Below, piece after piece: positions 26,830 to 32,000 of a stretch of 32,000 nucleotides of DNA (within the stretch, counting starts at the first letter, position 1; each line of letters starts with the position of its first letter). Under the pieces are notes generated by a model that saw only the letters and a list, made by a program, of their open reading frames with translations, made no database searches and was not told where the DNA came from. Origin of the DNA: Candidatus Hadarchaeales archaeon (GTDB lineage: Archaea > Hadarchaeota > Hadarchaeia > Hadarchaeales > Hadarchaeaceae). A program made the position numbers and the translations under genes. The stretch is taken from positions 240,001-272,000 of the forward strand of contig JAWBCC010000001.1 in the NCBI GenBank assembly GCA_038823825.1, read 5' to 3'.

Positions 26830-28134
26830 TCAAATATTTATCTCCGTGAGTATCTCCTCTGTTAAAGAGACCAACTCCTGTAAAACTTTGTACATTGATA
26901 CTCCGGACGACGCGAAGAATCCGGCGGCATTAGCATGACCACCTCCACTGATTTTCTCATTGGGGTATCTTTTCCTAAGTTTTTCAGCAAGCCTCGCCAG
27001 AAACTCGCCGCAGTTGATGATTTTTCCATCTGTCCGCATAGAAATATGTGTTCCTATTTTCTTTGGACAAAATACGATGATTACTGTTTCCTCTCCTTCC
27101 TTTTTAAATTCATTCATGTGTGCAAAGGCAACAAATGGTAGAATCGCAGAGAAAGCTGTTTGTTCTGCTCTGCGAATCTCTCTAGCGAAAATTAGATAAA
27201 TGGATGCATTGCCGACCTTTCCAAGATGTATAGGATTTTTGACACGTTTCTCTAAAATTTTCCAGTCGTTTTGAAATTTTTCGTAAACTTCTCCGATAAG
27301 TTTACCACTTTTGGTGGAGAGAAATTCCTCCACGTTTTTTGGATATTTTCCAGTTTCGGAGAGTTCAATGAAGAAGTTTAGAACAAGATCGGGGCCATAG
27401 GGTATATCTAGGACAAAATCTTCAGAATAGAGATGCGCAAGTGTTCCAGCATGAACAATTTCTGTAATTTTATGTAAAATGGCAGTTTTTGTTCGGTCTT
27501 CTGTGTCAAACATCGTTGGTTTCTCCTTCACTATCTCGAAAATTTCTGGAATTTTTGGTCGGACATATTCTAAGAAAGGTCTTGCGAACGGCTGACATTT
27601 ACCGCTGACGACATCAAACGCGAAATCTCCTCTACAGCCCATCGCGCAAATGAAATCTTCGATTTCTCCAGATATACCAAGCTTCGTCATAATCATATGG
27701 CAAAGAAGTGTGGTCGCAGCAGCATATTCTTTATTATCAGATCTTGGATTGAACACTTTGCAGATTTTAGGCATGCCCTGGGGCTGGTGGTGATCTATAA
27801 TCAACACATCGCTCGCAATTTCGCAAATTTCATCGTAGTCTTCAAAAGTCCCCTTGTCAGAAACTATCAGCAGGTCGAATCTCCCCTCTTTTCCGAAACT
27901 TTCCACATCCTTCTTGGTTAGTTTGAAATCTGGAGGCATAACCGAGATTGTTTCAATTCCTCCGTATTTTTTTAGCATTCTTTTTAACAGAAAAGCACTG
28001 CAGACTCCATCTACATCGTTATGAGAAAAGTTTAAAACTTTAGATTTTTTTCCAAGACCTTTGATTGTTTCGATAGCGTGTTTAAAGTCAGAATTCTCTC
28101 TGTATAGTCTCTCAACCTGTTCAAAGTAGTTCAT
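26830..28134 (-). CDS. DHH-family phosphoesterase, paralogue A
   Basis: VLNFSHNDVDGVCSAFLLKRM, VLIIDHHQPQG, GCRGDF, C-terminal DHHA1-type GGHANAAGFFAS. Confidence 0.85.
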   Translation of the reverse strand: MNYFEQVERLYRENSDFKHAIETIKGLGKKSKVLNFSHNDVDGVCSAFLLKRMLKKYGGIETISVMPPDFKLTKKDVESFGKEGRFDLLIVSDKGTFEDYDEICEIASDVLIIDHHQPQGMPKICKVFNPRSDNKEYAAATTLLCHMIMTKLGISGEIEDFICAMGCRGDFAFDVVSGKCQPFARPFLEYVRPKIPEIFEIVKEKPTMFDTEDRTKTAILHKITEIVHAGTLAHLYSEDFVLDIPYGPDLVLNFFIELSETGKYPKNVEEFLSTKSGKLIGEVYEKFQNDWKILEKRVKNPIHLGKVGNASIYLIFAREIRRAEQTAFSAILPFVAFAHMNEFKKEGEETVIIVFCPKKIGTHISMRTDGKIINCGEFLARLAEKLRKRYPNEKISGGGHANAAGFFASSGVSMYKVLQELVSLTEEILTEINI

Positions 28135-29522
28135 GCACCTCCTCCCAAATATCTATCCAGCGCCCTCAGAAAATCATCAAGCTTTTCTTTTCTCACTCTT
28201 GCAGAAGCTGCCACATCGTGTCCACCTCCGTTTTCTCCAACTTCGCTCGCCGCTTTCCTCACAGCCTCTCCAACATTGTAGCCCGCATCAGCAAGACCAA
28301 GAGTCGCTCGCACGGAAATTTTTAGTTCATTTTCATTTATCACGCTTATTCCCGCGGCGGGCTTGTCTTCTCTAAGGATCGCAGACTCGAGTAAAAGAGA
28401 AATAGCCTCACCTATCATGAGAGGTCCAATTTCAGGACAGAAAATGTAACGGAAGTTTTTCATTTCTTTAAAGCTTTCCATCTTTTTCATTATCTGTTGT
28501 AAAATTTTCAGCATCTCTTTTTGTCTGGTTTCAAATCTATCCAGAGCGGTATTCAACATCCCCTTATCTCCGATTGCAACCGCAAATCCAACATCGGCCG
28601 AATTCATATCAGCACAGCTATCAAGCAAATACGCGAAATCTCTTAAGTCATTAGTTCCTACAAGTTCTTTTTGTTTATCAATGTAAATTTTTCCCCATAT
28701 CAGATGTCCAAGATCTTCGCCAATGTTGGTTTTCGCAATGATAGCGTCCCGCAAAGTTTTCTCGCTTTCTTCATCAAGCTCACAAATGGACACTGACGGA
28801 TCGATGTCTAAATTTTCTAAAAGTTTTCTACTTTCATCGATGTCTCCAGAAAGTCCTGGCAGATAAGGTCTGGTGGAGAGCCAAAGAGAAAAAAGAACTG
28901 ATCGCAGACTTCTCCCTGCAAGTTTTAATCCTTCCTTTATTTCCACCATGCCGAAATCTACCGCTTGTTTTAGAAATATCGCGTTTGCTCCTTGGAATCC
29001 ATCTACAAACTCTTGCCTATCTCCAATTGCCCCTACTAGAGCAAGTCTGATGAGTGACTTGAACTTTGCTCCCATATTTTCGGCCACGAGATACGCCACA
29101 CCACTAGCACTTATGTCCCGTCCGCCATTTATTCCAACCGTATGCGAGTGAACGCATCTCAAATTAGAATGAGTCTTGAGCTCACCAGCATGATGATCGA
29201 TCAAAAGAACGGTTTTTCCCTTAGCCAGCAGATGTTTATGGATGTCTTCAAGCTGAGTGGTGCCTTGGTCTACAAAAATGAATACCCCGCAACTTTCTCT
29301 GCTTAGTTTTTCTATTTCATCACTTCTCATGGGTTTACAAAATTTCACAACGTATGGAACGTTATAATAATGAAGACATCTGGCCAAGATGGCAGCTGCA
29401 GAAATCCCATCCGCATCGACGTGGGAAATGATTTTGACGCTTTCGCCCTCTTCTAACTTTTCTCTCAAAAATTCAGCTGCTTCCTGTGCATCTCGCTGGA
29501 GTGACTTTAACTTTTCTCTCAT
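28131..29522 (-). CDS. DHH-family phosphoesterase, RecJ/GAN-like, paralogue B
   Basis: VKIISHVDADGISAAAILARCL, VFIFVDQGTTQL, VLLIDHHAG, GAIGDRQ, GGHDVAASARV. 4-bp overlap with paralogue A. Confidence 0.88.
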   Translation of the reverse strand: MREKLKSLQRDAQEAAEFLREKLEEGESVKIISHVDADGISAAAILARCLHYYNVPYVVKFCKPMRSDEIEKLSRESCGVFIFVDQGTTQLEDIHKHLLAKGKTVLLIDHHAGELKTHSNLRCVHSHTVGINGGRDISASGVAYLVAENMGAKFKSLIRLALVGAIGDRQEFVDGFQGANAIFLKQAVDFGMVEIKEGLKLAGRSLRSVLFSLWLSTRPYLPGLSGDIDESRKLLENLDIDPSVSICELDEESEKTLRDAIIAKTNIGEDLGHLIWGKIYIDKQKELVGTNDLRDFAYLLDSCADMNSADVGFAVAIGDKGMLNTALDRFETRQKEMLKILQQIMKKMESFKEMKNFRYIFCPEIGPLMIGEAISLLLESAILREDKPAAGISVINENELKISVRATLGLADAGYNVGEAVRKAASEVGENGGGHDVAASARVRKEKLDDFLRALDRYLGGGA

Positions 29523-29539
29523 TCAATCCCCAAAGGGGT

Positions 29540-29926
29540 TCATACGAGCAAGCTGGCCTTTTCTCTGTCATATCTCCAGTCTGGAGGCAATTCGCCCTTT
29601 CTCTTGTAGTATCGTACAAGTCTGTTTATTCTTGATTCTACGATTTCCAGAGCTCTTTTTGTTTTATAATCTTTCTTGTGTTTAGAAAGGTGATCATAAA
29701 GTTTTACAGCCTTTCTTATGACATTCGCCAAATCTTCTGGGAGCTTTGGCATGAGTCCGTGTTCCTTGAGAATTTGTTTTACAGTCTTTCCCGTGATTTC
29801 CCGGACGCTAGGTACCGCATACTGATCTCTGAGTATCAACCCTATCTTACTTGGTGGATTTCCTTCTTTGGCAAGCTTTACCACGAGTTTCTCAACTTCT
29901 TCAGAGTTTGGTATCTCGAGTCTCAT
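29540..29926 (-). CDS. rps15: 30S ribosomal protein S15
   Basis: VVKLAKEGNPPSKIGLILRDQYAVPSVREITGKTVKQILKEHGL...LPEDLANVIRKAVKLYDHLSKHKKDYKTKRALEIVESRINRLVRYYKRKGELP. Annotated N-terminus may be short. Confidence 0.92.
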   Translation of the reverse strand: MRLEIPNSEEVEKLVVKLAKEGNPPSKIGLILRDQYAVPSVREITGKTVKQILKEHGLMPKLPEDLANVIRKAVKLYDHLSKHKKDYKTKRALEIVESRINRLVRYYKRKGELPPDWRYDREKASLLV

Positions 29927-30487
29927 CTTCTTCCCCTATACCTTCTCCATATTTCCCTTTAAACCAAGTTAAAAACTTTCTGACTGCTATCCCACGATGA
30001 GAAAGAGCATTCTTCTCCTCAGTAGTCATCTCTGCATAAGTTTTGCCATTTATTTCGAAAATTGGATCAAATCCAAATCCGTGTGTTCCTCTCTCTTCAA
30101 AGGCTATTTTACCTCTGACAGAAGCCTCAAAAGCAATAGGCTCCAGCCCAGGTGTGCAGAAACCCACTGCTGATCGAAACTCAGAAGTTCTATCTTCAAC
30201 ACCGTTCATCAGCTTCAATATACCTTTGTTACCTATTGTGAGGAAAACGAATTTGGAATATGGGCCCGGAAAACCTTTTAGCGCATGTATGAACATTCCT
30301 GCATCTTCTACGAAGCATGGTTCCTTGATTTTTTCGCAGGCCTCTTTAGCCCCGATTTTCACTATTTCGCTTAAATCATCGGATTGAATCTCGGTATAAG
30401 ACATCCTCTTCCAATTTATTTTAACTCCGACCTCCTTCGCTATTATGTAAACTTCTTTGAACTTATGCTCATTTGTTGTGACAAAGT

Positions 30488-30497
<10 letters not shown>
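29901..30497 (-). CDS. rdgB: XTP/dITP diphosphatase (HAM1 family)
   Basis: FVTTNEHKFKEVYIIAKE, CFVEDAGMFIHALKGFPGPYSKFV, RGTHGFGFDPIFEINGKTYAEMTTEEKNALSHR. Confidence 0.93.

Positions 30498-32000
<1,503 letters not shown>

Overview
This is a 32 kb archaeal chromosomal window. It is dense, mostly in head-to-tail operons, and largely made of conserved informational and housekeeping genes. From left to right I read: a partial secreted surface-type protein (minus strand, 1..2061); prs; the Trm-G10/TRM11-like methyltransferase; RNase Z; an F420:NADP oxidoreductase; UPF0201/UPF0200/Lrp-tail genes; a phosphohexomutase; pdxT; and a pyridoxamine-phosphate-oxidase-fold protein. An orphan islet follows (about 9.7-12.4 kb) with a PIN-like ORF, a strongly charge-segregated small protein, a probable surface-protein fragment and a class II glutamine amidotransferase. 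Next come tRNA-Gly(CCC) with an atypical C33; four consecutive CBS-domain genes (about 14 CBS motifs, one gene with a C-terminal zinc ribbon) divergent from rpiA; and an intron-containing tRNA-Met(CAT). The right half holds an L15e/exosome-subunit/serA/YchF block, glmU+glmM, and S3Ae with a methanogenic-type (type 2) SerRS. It ends with Pcc1, a Clp1-like polynucleotide kinase, two DHH phosphoesterases, S15, XTPase, Bud32 and a partial Kae1. I saw no CRISPR array, mobile element, or clear defence or secondary-metabolite system. The best leads for something under-described are the tandem CBS cluster, the repeat-containing surface protein, the 53-aa Lys/Glu-block protein with a leaderless promoter, and the C33 tRNA. 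All calls come from reading the sequence and recognising protein motifs. No database search was run.
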